A stretch of DNA of 61,332 nt from Negaprion brevirostris (lineage: Eukaryota), in the NCBI GenBank assembly GCA_030324005.1, contig JARDVH010000154.1:30352788-30414119 (forward strand), written 5' to 3'. The stretch's first letter is position 1, and each line of letters opens with the position of its first letter. The notes under the pieces were generated by a model, which was given only the letters and a program-made list of their open reading frames with translations, did not search any database and was not told the origin of the DNA. A program made the position numbers and the translations under genes. Below, piece by piece: positions 1-11,100 of this stretch.

Positions 1-29
1 TTTGAAGACTCGCATTGTAATCAATGATC

Positions 30-210
30 TGTAAACTGTCTGTGCTTTATATGCTCTGTCTGAGACCAGAAAACTCCATTCACCTGATGAAGGGGTGTAC
101 CCTAAAAGCTTGTGACTTTACTATCAAATAAATTGGTTGGACTTGAACCTGGTGTTGTCAGACTTCTTACTGTGTTTACCCCAGTCCAACGCTGGCATCT
201 CCACATAATG
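30..210 (+). mobile_element. Penelope-like element terminal repeat with degenerate hammerhead motif
   Basis: cacCTGATGAaggggtgtaccctAAAAgcttgtg...aaataaa...ggtgttgtcagacttcttactgtg...gcatctccaca; homologous to 14265-14442 and 44041-44135. Confidence 0.6.
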
Positions 211-480
211 TCCATCTTCCAAGTCAGCCAGGGTGTATACAACGTACCATGCAGCAGGATTTCCAAGAAATGAAAGTGAACCTTCACTGAGGAAACTGCT
301 GATTCCATTTGCTTCTTCAATGATCTTTCAGATCTCTTGCAGTTCATCGATATGCACGCCTGTGCGTTGGAGCGGAGATCGCCATCCACACACCCATAAT
401 GACAGCCAACGTCATCACTGAAGCATAGGTCTGGTCACCAGTAAAACTAATACTCCAAACGCCCCACCCTCCCCTTTCCA

Positions 481-543
481 TACACACACACAAACACACA
501 CCCTCTCTCTCACTCTGTGTATCTCTCCCTCTCTCTCCCCCCC
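481..543. repeat. Imperfect (CA)n/(CT)n microsatellite
   Basis: tacacacacacaaacacacaccctctctctcactctgtgtatctctccctctctctcccc. Confidence 0.8.
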
Positions 544-869
544 ATATAAACCCTGGCTGTCTCTGACCACCTCCATCAAGCCAGGATTTTCTCGGCTTAA
601 CTCTGCTCCCTTTCGCCACACTTTGGCCAGGATCTTTCAGGATCATAGCATGGCTTATATACGTCAGGATTGGATAATTATGCGTTGTGCATCAGGATAA
701 CAAAAAGGATAAAACTTGTTACTAATATACCCTCTAATTAGATAGTTCATATTTGGTAAATATTGTGTATTTTTTTCACTATCCAGTTTTTATGTCTTAC
801 CACTGAGTATCTATGACGTGTGTGTAATGTATATTTTTGTGTATGTATGCTTATGTATTTACCAAATAA

Positions 870-968
870 TAGGGAGTGGGATAGCTTGATCTTGGTTTCG
901 GACATAGCTTGGCACAATATTGAGGGCCGAAGGGCCTGTACTATGCTGTACTGTTCTATGTTCTATGT
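870..968 (+). mobile_element. CR1/HER1-type LINE 3' end
   Basis: gggccgaagggcctgt...tgctgtactgttctatgttctatgt tail typical of shark CR1 elements. Confidence 0.75.
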
Positions 969-1349
969 ATCCGTTTTCAGCAGTTCAGCTGGGGCTACAA
1001 TTAAACAGGGGCAGATAAATGGAGAACCAAAAGAAAAATTGCAAGTTTCCCCGAAGGTGTTTTCTCAACAACAATCTGTCAAGTGTCCAAATTTAGAAAT
1101 CTTAACTGGAAGCTTCAAATATGCGGTGTCATGGGAATGCAAACCTTTGTAACACTCTTTCAAGCTAAATAATTTATATTTCTGCTTTCTAGATTGCTGG
1201 TTTATTGTCCATGGAAGACTTAATGAATACTCTAGTCACTGCTTTGTTTTACATTAAGTGAGTAAGCCTTCGGAATATAGAAGGATCATTGCAAAACCAA
1301 GAACACTATATTTTAATCAAACGCACTGTGTTAAGAGTCAGTGTTGAAA

Positions 1350-1457
1350 TGCCAGCCTTGATTCAGTGGTATCACCTTTGAGTCAAAAGTTTATGCATTC
1401 AAGCCCCACTGCAGAGATTTGAGGACTTAATCTAAGCTGATAATTCAGTTCAGCATT
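1350..1457 (+). mobile_element. Deu-domain SINE (SacSINE1/AmnSINE-like) 5' fragment
   Basis: tRNA-like head gcagccttgattcagtggtatcac...gagtcaaaag...ttcaagccccact followed by gagatttgag...atctaagctga. Confidence 0.55.
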
Positions 1458-1840
1458 AAATTCTTTTTTAAGTTGCAGTTTATTTCATTGAATTTCTCAT
1501 GAACTTTCCTTCTGTTTATTCTCAGCATCGCATGCACCAATCAGCAGGTATTAAATATTCATTGCCTCTATGTAAATTCATAGTTCGTTGCAGAATCTTG
1601 TATTTGTTCTTTCTCAAAACTCAAATTGTGGAACACTTCCCTTTTGTCAGTTTATCCTTCTCACAATTGACAAGTTTCTAAAGTAAGTATTGATTGTCTT
1701 AACAGTAGATGTATTGCTCATAAGCATTAGAGAGACTACCTTCCATTCAGTTTCAGTATATCATGGGAATTTTTTTGGTAAGCGATAATTTACTCAAAAC
1801 AAGAATGATGTTTTTCTCTGGTTGGATTGATCTTGCACCT

Positions 1841-1965
1841 TAGCACAATGGTTAGTGCTGCTGCCTCATAGCGCCAGGGACCTGAGTTCAAGTCCAGCCT
1901 TGGGTCACAGTCTTTGCAGAGTTTGGGCATTCTCTGGGATTCTATGATTTCTATGATCTTTGATT
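1841..1965 (+). mobile_element. HE1/V-SINE, internally deleted (head joined to tail)
   Basis: tagcacaatggttagtgctgctgcctcatagcgccagggacctgagttca joined directly to gggattctatgatttctatga. Confidence 0.75.
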
Positions 1966-4351
1966 TCTCAGTTGTTCCATTAGTAATACTACCGTGTTAT
2001 CACCTAACGCCTGATAATTGTGGGAAGACTGATCCAATCCTCCTTTAAAACTGCAAAATAAAATTATATTTTTTGATGAGCTATAAAACTGAATGCCTTC
2101 TCTTCCATGTATATGCTTAACCAGAAAATAATTTAAAACATAGTGGGCAAAATATTGTTTGAATGTTACTCTGAGCTTTGGCCCTTAAAATATAATTCTC
2201 AATTTTAAAAGAAAGTGAATTCAGTTCAACTATACAGTGCAATCCTTTTGTAGCAGTTCTAATCATTTTGTGATTAAAACTGATTGGAGCAGGCTGTCAT
2301 TCAAATCAATCTGATTGCCTGCCTTAGGCAGTCAGCAGTGGTGTCAATCGAAGCAATTCCAAGTTCCATTCTCAGGTACTTGTTTTGTTGATCCCAAAGG
2401 ATGTTATTTCAATGCCACGTTTCCACATAGCATTTTATCCTTCCCAATCCCAATGGAGAATGTTGCCTTGAATAGGGTTGTAAATGGAGAATGTGCGGGC
2501 AACATGCTATATTTTCTTCTTGCATATGTGGTTCTACACATGGTGCCTAATGTCTAAGCCTTGACTCTGCCAATGTGTGTCTAAGACTTCTAACTCTAGC
2601 TAATTGAGGTGTGTTGGGACTTTGAAAAAGTAAACACGTTGTATTGTGGAGACACAGTAACTTGCTTTGTCGCCTGAACCACGTGGCTGGTTTTCTACAT
2701 ATCGGACGCTGAGCAAAGGAAAATACTAACCCTCAAATGGGCATTATGTTTGTACAGATAAATCACTAGTTTCATGATGGCAATGTTTTTATACGTGGCA
2801 ATAAATTTGTGTTTTGCACAAAATGTACTGNNNNNNNNNNTGCTCAAGCACAAAAAACATCTGTTGTAGTAATAGCACTGATTTATTTATCACTCCTAAT
2901 TTTCGACAGACTTGTGCATTGACGTATTTTGTAATCACGTGTTGATTTTTTTCAAGAGATTTTCACTAGCTTTTATTCTTTGCATCGGGGAGTTTTGAGA
3001 GTGCTTGTATTTCTAGTTGGCTGTTCTGTTATTAATTTGTTGCATATCCGATCGCTGAATTTGTTTTTATACATTTCTGACGTAATCCAAATAAGTATTA
3101 TGGCCTTGCATTTATCTGGATGAGAAAGTGTAACTATAACGCTTGAGTAAAGTTTATTCTCCTAGTTCTGCAATATATGAAATACTCTTGTATTAACAAG
3201 ATATGTCTTTTATGTTAACACTGCTATTTGGTTTGATTATTTTGACTTATGATGACCACCATGTCTTATGATTTCAATATGGTCTCCAATAAATGAGACT
3301 TAACAGTTATGTATATCACTTAAAACAAAATGATTGCAGAAATGTTTTTTCTAATCAGTGTAGCTTATTCATTAAACTTTTACAATGTGATGGATCATCG
3401 GCTGATGTGCCAAGGTAATCCTGTTCAATATTTTATTCAGGACAAATCATAATTTATTTTACCACAACTTGATGACATGGTTTGGANNNNNNNNNNTAAA
3501 ATTAGCATTCAGCGACCATCACATTATCATCGTTTAGTAGGAAAAGTTAAAAGGTTATTTTTTTTAAAACTGGCTTTTAGCAACATAGCAATCTGTTTCT
3601 GAATTTGACCGTGACAGTGTAAGCCTGTTGAGCGAACCTAAGTGTATAGTATTCCAACGCAAAAGGTTTTGCAGAACTGTCTTTTTGCATTAAATCTGTT
3701 TCTTTCTGCAGCTGTTTGTTTCTTGAACAATTTTCTTCTTGCTTGCTTTTTCATATTTCTGTTTAGTTGGATTCATGCAGTTTATTTCTCATTGAATTTT
3801 GATTCAACAATGGTATTTTGTTCTCTTGTTTGTTTCTCTCGTGTTTTTTCCCACTATTTGAAGATGTATAGCTTCAATTACAGGCTAGCAGGCCACATGA
3901 AAAAATGGCAATCATACAGCCAATTGAAACATTTAGGCTTTCAGAATTTGTCAGTTTGACAGCATGCCTTAAAAACTACAAAAAAAAGTTAATATCTTTC
4001 AAACCCAGTTACTCATAGCTACCCGTTTATAGGAAAGCAGTTGGTAACACATTCATCATTATGATGTTGTCGAGCAACCCTTGAAAGAAAACTCACCAGA
4101 CAGAGCCTTCTGCATGCTCCTGGATCAGTTCAAATATTTTTTCTTAACTAGGCTTCTGGAGCATTCCTAGTTTGTCAAATAGATTTGTCATTTATGTTAC
4201 ACATTCTTTTTGAATAACTGGAGCTATAATTGACAATAATTGTCAGTTGCTTTTGACTTTTAGGGATACCCTTTTGAGACTATACCTGGATTCGATGTTC
4301 ACAAAAAAATGTGTTCTCAAGCCACTTCTAGTTTTGCATAATAGATTACAG

Positions 4352-4835
4352 TAGTGGTTCCCAATCTTTATATGTCATGGCACACCTCTATAAAGACAAT
4401 TTAGGCACACCTTCTGTTTTCTCCGTCACCTTCCCTTGCTGGGAACTTTAAAAAAAAACTCTCCCTGATTTCGCCCCTGTTTTTTAAAAATCTCTCCCTG
4501 TCTCTCTCACTTCTCCCAGGGTTGTTGCGCCCTTTTTGAGATTTTGCTTTTTGTGTGGATACTTGGGACTTTTGTTTTCAGCTCCAAGTCTCATTGGTCA
4601 TATGCATGGGCCTGTCCAACATAAAAAGTCTAAACCACGCGTGTGCGGCTCTATCCCAACCGGCACATGTGCAGGAGGCCCAAGATCTGTTGGTTCTTGC
4701 AGATGACAACTACAGAGCTAAAGACATGGTTCTCTGTATTTTGAATCATTTTAAATCTTTTTACGTGACACACATTGGAGGGGTGGGTCTTCATGGCACA
4801 CTGGTTTGCCATGGTACACTGGTTGAGAAACACTG
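4352..4835. mobile_element. Non-autonomous hAT DNA transposon (MITE) with TIRs and 8-bp TSD
   Basis: Ends tagtggttcccaa and ttgagaaacactg (CAGTG-type TIR). Flanked by gattacag (4344-4351) and gattagag (4836-4843), a 7/8-identical 8-bp target duplication. Confidence 0.75.
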
Positions 4836-6579
4836 GATTAGAGTATAGCCTGCTACGCGCACACACCATGTGTTGTGGCATGATTGTGCAACTCAACATG
4901 CAACATGTAAATGTATGTTCTGTCAATAACTGTGAATGTTAAAACAATGTGGCCGTCAATCCATGACTAATTTGTTCCAAGTGAACAGCATACAATTTTT
5001 AATGTTACGGTAAAGGGCAATAACAATCTTTAAGCTCCATTTGTGAACTGTTTGTTACTTGTGTAGATTATACAAATCCATATTTAACTATAAAATGCTT
5101 GTGGTTACTGAGGAAAGTGTTAGTTGAGTAGTAAGATTGATGTAATCATTGGAGGTGATGTCATAAACTTCTGTCTTTCTTACCCAGATAATGATTGTGC
5201 TGTTTGTTTCATGTTTGTCTTCAAACTTGTATGATGGTGACTAAAATATTTTCAATTAAAAGCAGACTTTCATACCTGCTGACTCTGTCACAGTTGGAGG
5301 GATTGTGGAAGGGATGAGTTAATGCTTCATGCACATTGTTCAGTAGTTTACACTTGACCGACAGATGTTGCAGAACTCTATACACCCTATGAAGAAGATG
5401 ACCGTTATTGGTCACTAATGGTGTCAATGGCAGTGATGTACTGTCAAGCTAGACACTTAAAGCACTTATTTAGCCTGTCAGTTAAAAATGCAGAATAATA
5501 TGCTGTCGGTAGCTAATTATTGGAATTTGCATAGTAATGACTTGGGCTCAAGACAATCTGCACCATTGCCTTTCTTTTTGCAGACATTATTATACAGCAG
5601 TGAAAACTTTATACCATTGTTGCAGCATGATTATTTATATCAAACAATGAAAAAACAGCAGAGACGAAAACAACAGCTTTGGCATTCTTAAATTCCAAAA
5701 ACAATAAAATCAGTTTTGTCCAAGATAAATCAAAGAAGTTGAACTGCTAATTGAAACAATAGGAGCAAAGACATCTGCAGTGCAACAATGTTGAAACTGT
5801 CAGGGGTGCTTTTAGTCTGGATTTCACTTGGCAATTTTGTGTGAAATCGAGCATTTTGATTTTAGTTTTCTTTTGACAACCTTTTCAAAGCTTTTGATTT
5901 ATTAAGCTTTGTGGGTTTTATTAAAAACTTGTTTTGTTTATGTAGACAGATGGTACAATTACTCCTTTGTAATATAAATGCGTTTTTGGGTTGGTTTATC
6001 AAGTGAGCTGTTCTAATCTTCTAGCTTTCAGTCCCGTGATTGTTTGATTTCAGGTGTAGATGGCAAAGAAAGCATGCTTGTAACACACCTTGCTTATTTA
6101 TCTGGCCCTTCCTTTTAAGAGTCGGACGTTCTGAACTTTGAAATAATTAGTACTGGAAAAATTGCACTCTAACTATTCAGTGTTGATGAGCTTTTGATTC
6201 ATCCAGCATAGATATTTTATAATTTTACAATTTTACAACGCCATTGCAATATTCCCTTTTGACTAAATTGAAGATTATTATAGGGCAAAGGGGATGAGGA
6301 GGAAGGCAAAGCAGTCGTACAGTTCTGTTCAAAAGACACCACTGCCCCTTTTCATTGTTTCCTCAATAAAAGTTTGCAAAAAAGGCTATATCTTTGCTTG
6401 AATTTGGGTTTGAAAATAGAGTGGGCTTTTGCCTAGAAAATCAGGCTTCAAATTCTGGAGTCCACTAACTTTGGCATTTATGCTTCCATTGGACCTTGGC
6501 TACTTTTTATGCTTAAGGGAAAGAGTGAGGACTTCAGTGTTAATTCTGTTGCAGCGCTGCTTCTGTTGTCTCTATGATT

Positions 6580-7290
6580 TGGGGGCCAGGCTGATATCAA
6601 TGGCAGATGCGGTGATGATCTGTCTAACAGTTGTTAGTACCTGTTATTGTGCAGGTTGTGTGGGCATCTCAACAGTCAACTGCTGTAGTGATGATGTGGT
6701 GACCAAGTTCTAGTGTTTGGACCGTGTGTGTTACTGAGATCTTGTGTTTGTCTGCCTGGTGCAACAGGGTGTTCAATATAATAAGGCCCTGTTTTAGACA
6801 TTTTGCTAGGGGGACAACTCTATTGGAGTTTGCTTTCTCAATTCCTTTGCCTATGCGCCCTTCCAAAGATTCTTGCCCTTCTTGATTCTAGTGTTGAAAC
6901 CTCCAAGGGTGTTCAGTTTGTCAGGCTAGGGATTGTTAGAAGTTGGTATAGAATCCCTCCTTGGCTGTATCTTTTGCATTAAGTGTAGATGACAGTGGTG
7001 CAGTCATGAGGTGCTTGCTTATCGCTGGAGTTGCTGTTAAAATACTTTAAATGGCAAAGTCCACCCCATAAAGGCATTGTCCTCTTCTGGCAAGCCTATC
7101 CAGAAAAAGGTGTACCCACAAACTTGTTTCTTCAGTTGGCCTTCCTCACTATTGTGTTACTTGGACACGTTTACGTAGATATTGCTACCCTGGGTTTCCG
7201 GGCTATGATGGTCATGTGATGCTCTGTCGCTGTTTAGGTTCTCATGCGGGCTCCAGTTTACCAGGTTACAAACTTCATTTTGACAAGTGG
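6580..7290 (-). mobile_element. Decayed RTE-clade LINE, APE endonuclease region
   Basis: Minus strand gives broken EGQLKKQVCGYTFFWIG, GVDFAI, KEGFY, LGGFNTRI, GIEKANSN, LIILNTL and TDH motifs with stops and frameshifts. Confidence 0.75.
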
Positions 7291-7877
7291 AATATGTCAC
7301 ATGGAATGGGTGTTACATGCTGACTACCATGCGTTCTTGGCAAAGTGGGTGCTTGGTCCAGTATTAAGGGTGCTCCATGATAGTGGAGTTTAGACTATGC
7401 TGTGAGACAGTAGGATACTATGTGCATGATCATAGGTGAATGTGCATTGTTTTAAATATGTTAATACCAAATTAGCAGCAGAGCAAATTGCGAGAAAGAA
7501 TGCGGGGGAAAAAATCTGAATTAGTCTAATGGCCAGGTAGGTGGCAGTTGAAACTCAGCATTTAATGTGAAGTCATATATTCTAAGAATAGAATGAAGCA
7601 AAAGATTATTGAGTTGCAGATTGATAGAGCTATGAAAGTTGCAGGGCATTTGTGAAAGCTCATAAAAAGGACAAATGGAACCTAATGTGCAAAAGTAAAT
7701 TTTGGATGAGGAATCAGGTTGGTGATGGCAGTTATACTATAGCAATTATTATACACCTGATCTTCGATAAACCAAATGGCTTTTGTGTTCTACTGGATTC
7801 ACTTGCCAATAAAGGAATATTGCAGTTTGTACTAATGTACTGAACAGCTTTCTGCTACCTATCAATGATTAGCAAAT

Positions 7878-8191
7878 ACAGTGGCACAGTGGTTAGCACT
7901 GCTGCCTCACAGCATCAGGGACAGGTTCAATTTCGGGTTCGGGTAACTGGCTGTGTGGAGATTGCACGTTTTCCCCGTGTCTGCGTGAGTTTCCTCTGGA
8001 TGCTCCAGTTTCCCTCTTCATTCCAATGATGTGCGGATTAGGTTGACTGGCCATACTAAAATGCCCCTTAGTGTCTGGGGAACTAGCTAGGGTAAGTGCA
8101 TGGGGTTATGGGCATAAGGTCTGGGTGGAATTGTGGTTGGTGCAGACGTGATGGGCCAAAAGGCCTCCTTCTGCACTGTAGGGATCCTATG
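7878..8191 (+). mobile_element. HE1/V-SINE, near full length, CR1-type tail
   Basis: tRNA-derived head gtggcacagtggttagcactgctgcctcacagc, V-domain ctgtgtggag...gtttcctctggatgctcc, tail gatgggccaaaaggcctccttctgcactgtagggat. Confidence 0.88.
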
Positions 8192-11100
8192 GAAATACAG
8201 GATACACATCAGCCAGCCATCTACTAAAAGGATTAAGGAGGGTTAATATTTGAAATGTAATCTTTCAAAGCTGAAACCATGGGCTGTTTTTCGCTGGGTC
8301 AGTATTTAGGTGAAAGTGCTGGTGAGCAGTAAGCATTTTCTGTCGTTATCCATCTAAAACTGACTGCAACTTCATCGTGATGGACATACGTAGATTGGAG
8401 CATAAATCCTGAAGTTGCAGTCAATCGCTCGTAGCTTTGAATAGACTGTGCACCCTCCACCCCAAAACTTACCTTGAGACATTGAGTGACAATCATTGAA
8501 AGCAGTGAGAACTTCAACATTCCCGTCTTTTAATAAGTTTCATTATGTTCAATCAGGTATAACTACATTACAAAGATCGATGAACAACAGAAGTGATAAT
8601 CACGGATAACTATTAAATGATTAATTACATTTTTGTGCTCAAATTTTTAAAACTGTTTTTTGTTTTTCAGAATATTTTACTTCTGCCTTTTATAACCGTG
8701 TCCCCCAATTTCAAAATCCTTTAAAGTGGTTGGGTTTTTGGACAGCCTAATGACATTACTGATGGTCCATGTCATAGATACCCAGTAAAGAATGCTGCAA
8801 TCAGCCACTCAACCATTGCATGAAGTTAGAGGTGAAATTCTTGCCAGAGAGATCACTCAGTGAGACTTTGCTTAATGGCCAACAATTGCTGCTGCCCTCA
8901 TCCCCCTCCTTACCCATTGTCTCAGTGCTGACTACAAAATCCAAGTCATATCGGAGATTTTCCTCAACCTGACTGTAAATGTTTGTTTTCAGTTCTGTCA
9001 CTTATGCCTGACACGCTAATTACTTTTGCTCTGTATTTGCTGACCGGTCTATGTATTTTTACTATTTTCTGTTTTTCTCTTGCTTTTTTTTAATTTATGC
9101 TTTGTAAGTTGCATCTCAGTTGAAACTGAACACGTAGTGACTCAATATTTGAAACTTGTGCAGATGGTATTGCCCATCAATCAATCACCTTTCGAGGTGT
9201 GCATTTTTTGAAATGATCAAATGTCCAAAAATTAATTAACCATAGACCATGTACTTGCAAATTTGTATCATGTTGATTTTTCCACAGCTTCAGTGATGTC
9301 AAAGTTACCTGAGATCCCAAGGAAATGTTATTTTGAGACGTATCAGACCAAAGGAAATTCATTGAGTGATTTCTGATGACTGATGTGGCAAAAGAGTATG
9401 TTGTGTATTTTAATGTTCGTTCAGAGCATTTTGTAAAAGAGATGTTCTCATTGCTAGCCACTAGCAATGTACTGACTTTCCAAAACAAAAAGAAATAAAT
9501 TGACATTATGCACTTGATTTCCACTCTTGGTATTACTTGTCTGATCCTGCTAATGTGAACAATTAAATTTTCTTTAATTCTCATGGAGTACGATAAATCT
9601 GACTCCCAGTAAAGCACTTTGCAAAGGATGATTGCATAACAAGTTATATCAATATATTGGCTGCCCAGTGAATTTTTGTCCTGCTTTAATGTGTTAATTT
9701 TTGAAATGACTGTAAGCTACTTATGATCAGTTCATACAATTGACATTATTGCGTGGAGCATAGCTGTTCTAAAACCTCCCATTGTGGTGCCTGTTTTTCA
9801 CACACTTACGTGGAAAATCCTTTGTTAGTTCCTTTAGTCCTATGCAAAGTTCTTGGAAATGGTACTTCAAATTGCCACCGCCAGGTAACAAAAATGAAGG
9901 GCAACTTTAGGGAAATAGAGGTTTTGGTCAATCTATCATCAAATTGTGAAAATGGTACATGGTTGGGTTCAAGCAAAAAACAACACACAGTTCATCGTGT
10001 CTATTCCATATCAAAAGCAGTATGTCTCTTTCTTACAGTGCCTTGAGCAGTTAGTTTTTTGTAAGTACCAAACACTGGATCAGCATGAAACCAGTTAAGT
10101 TATAGTACTGAAACTCTTTAACAGATACAACCTCTGGAGATGCAGCGAGATGGGCATATTGTAGAGCCAGCATGATTTTTCTTACATGTCTATACTAGAA
10201 AATCTGTCTTGATATGAAGCACATGTTTTGTGTACTTATTTATAACCTTGCCTCCCAGTAATAGGATTGATCATGTTTCAGCATATTTTCAGTACTATGG
10301 TGCATGCTTCCTGGTCCAAGCTTTGAGGAAAAGCTGCACATGAAGAGCAATACAGACAAGTGACTAATTTGGAATAAAATAGTTCCTTCAACTCTTCTAG
10401 AGAAACTTAAAATTTACCTTCAAATCACATGCCATTAATTACAATATGTTATTTTATAAAACTCAAAGACCCCTCTGTCTTAAAATACCATGCTATGCAG
10501 GATCCATGCCATATTTTATCAGTTTTGTATATTGTATGTTTTGTACATCTAAGTTTCAACAAGCCACACAATTATTGTGCAAAACCTATTTTATTCATTG
10601 CAATTGCACAGTTGCATAGAATTTTTGAGACATGCTGCTGAGATCTTTTGTTCAATTCTTTGCTAAAATGGTCCATTTTCTTGGTCAATATATTAAAATC
10701 CTCATGTTCTTTGAGTATCATTTCCAGATTTTGTAAGCTGATTTTCGATGTGGTGCATTTCTGTATTCAGTTGCTTATTCAGGGCCTGTCTGCAAACAAA
10801 TTGGAACATCTGTTGTCTGAGAATTTTATGCGACTGATTTCTGCTGCATTGGAAATGATTGAGTTGTAGCTTTTGCCCTATTTTCTCTCTCAGCACTAAA
10901 TCTTATTGATTTCTTTGACTTGGCTTTCATTATTCAGATCAGTAATTTCATAGGTATAATTCACACTTCTCCATAAAGTATTTCTGACTTCATAAAAGAA
11001 AATGTGGAGTTTGAGTGTATGCAATTCTAAATTATCAAAATACCAGCTCTCTGGTGAAATTGCTCTGCTGCATACTGTATATCATTTCCCATTGCCATCA

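Noticed and set aside
2022-2042. gggaagactgatccaatcctc (GKTDPIL), resembling GPATCH8 GRTDPIP
   Set aside because: No acceptor AG or pyrimidine tract, and similarity ends after six codons with a stop soon after; chance match.
7878-7960. tRNA-like A/B-box sequences here and in other copies
   Set aside because: They are SINE heads continuing into the V-domain, with no complete cloverleaf.
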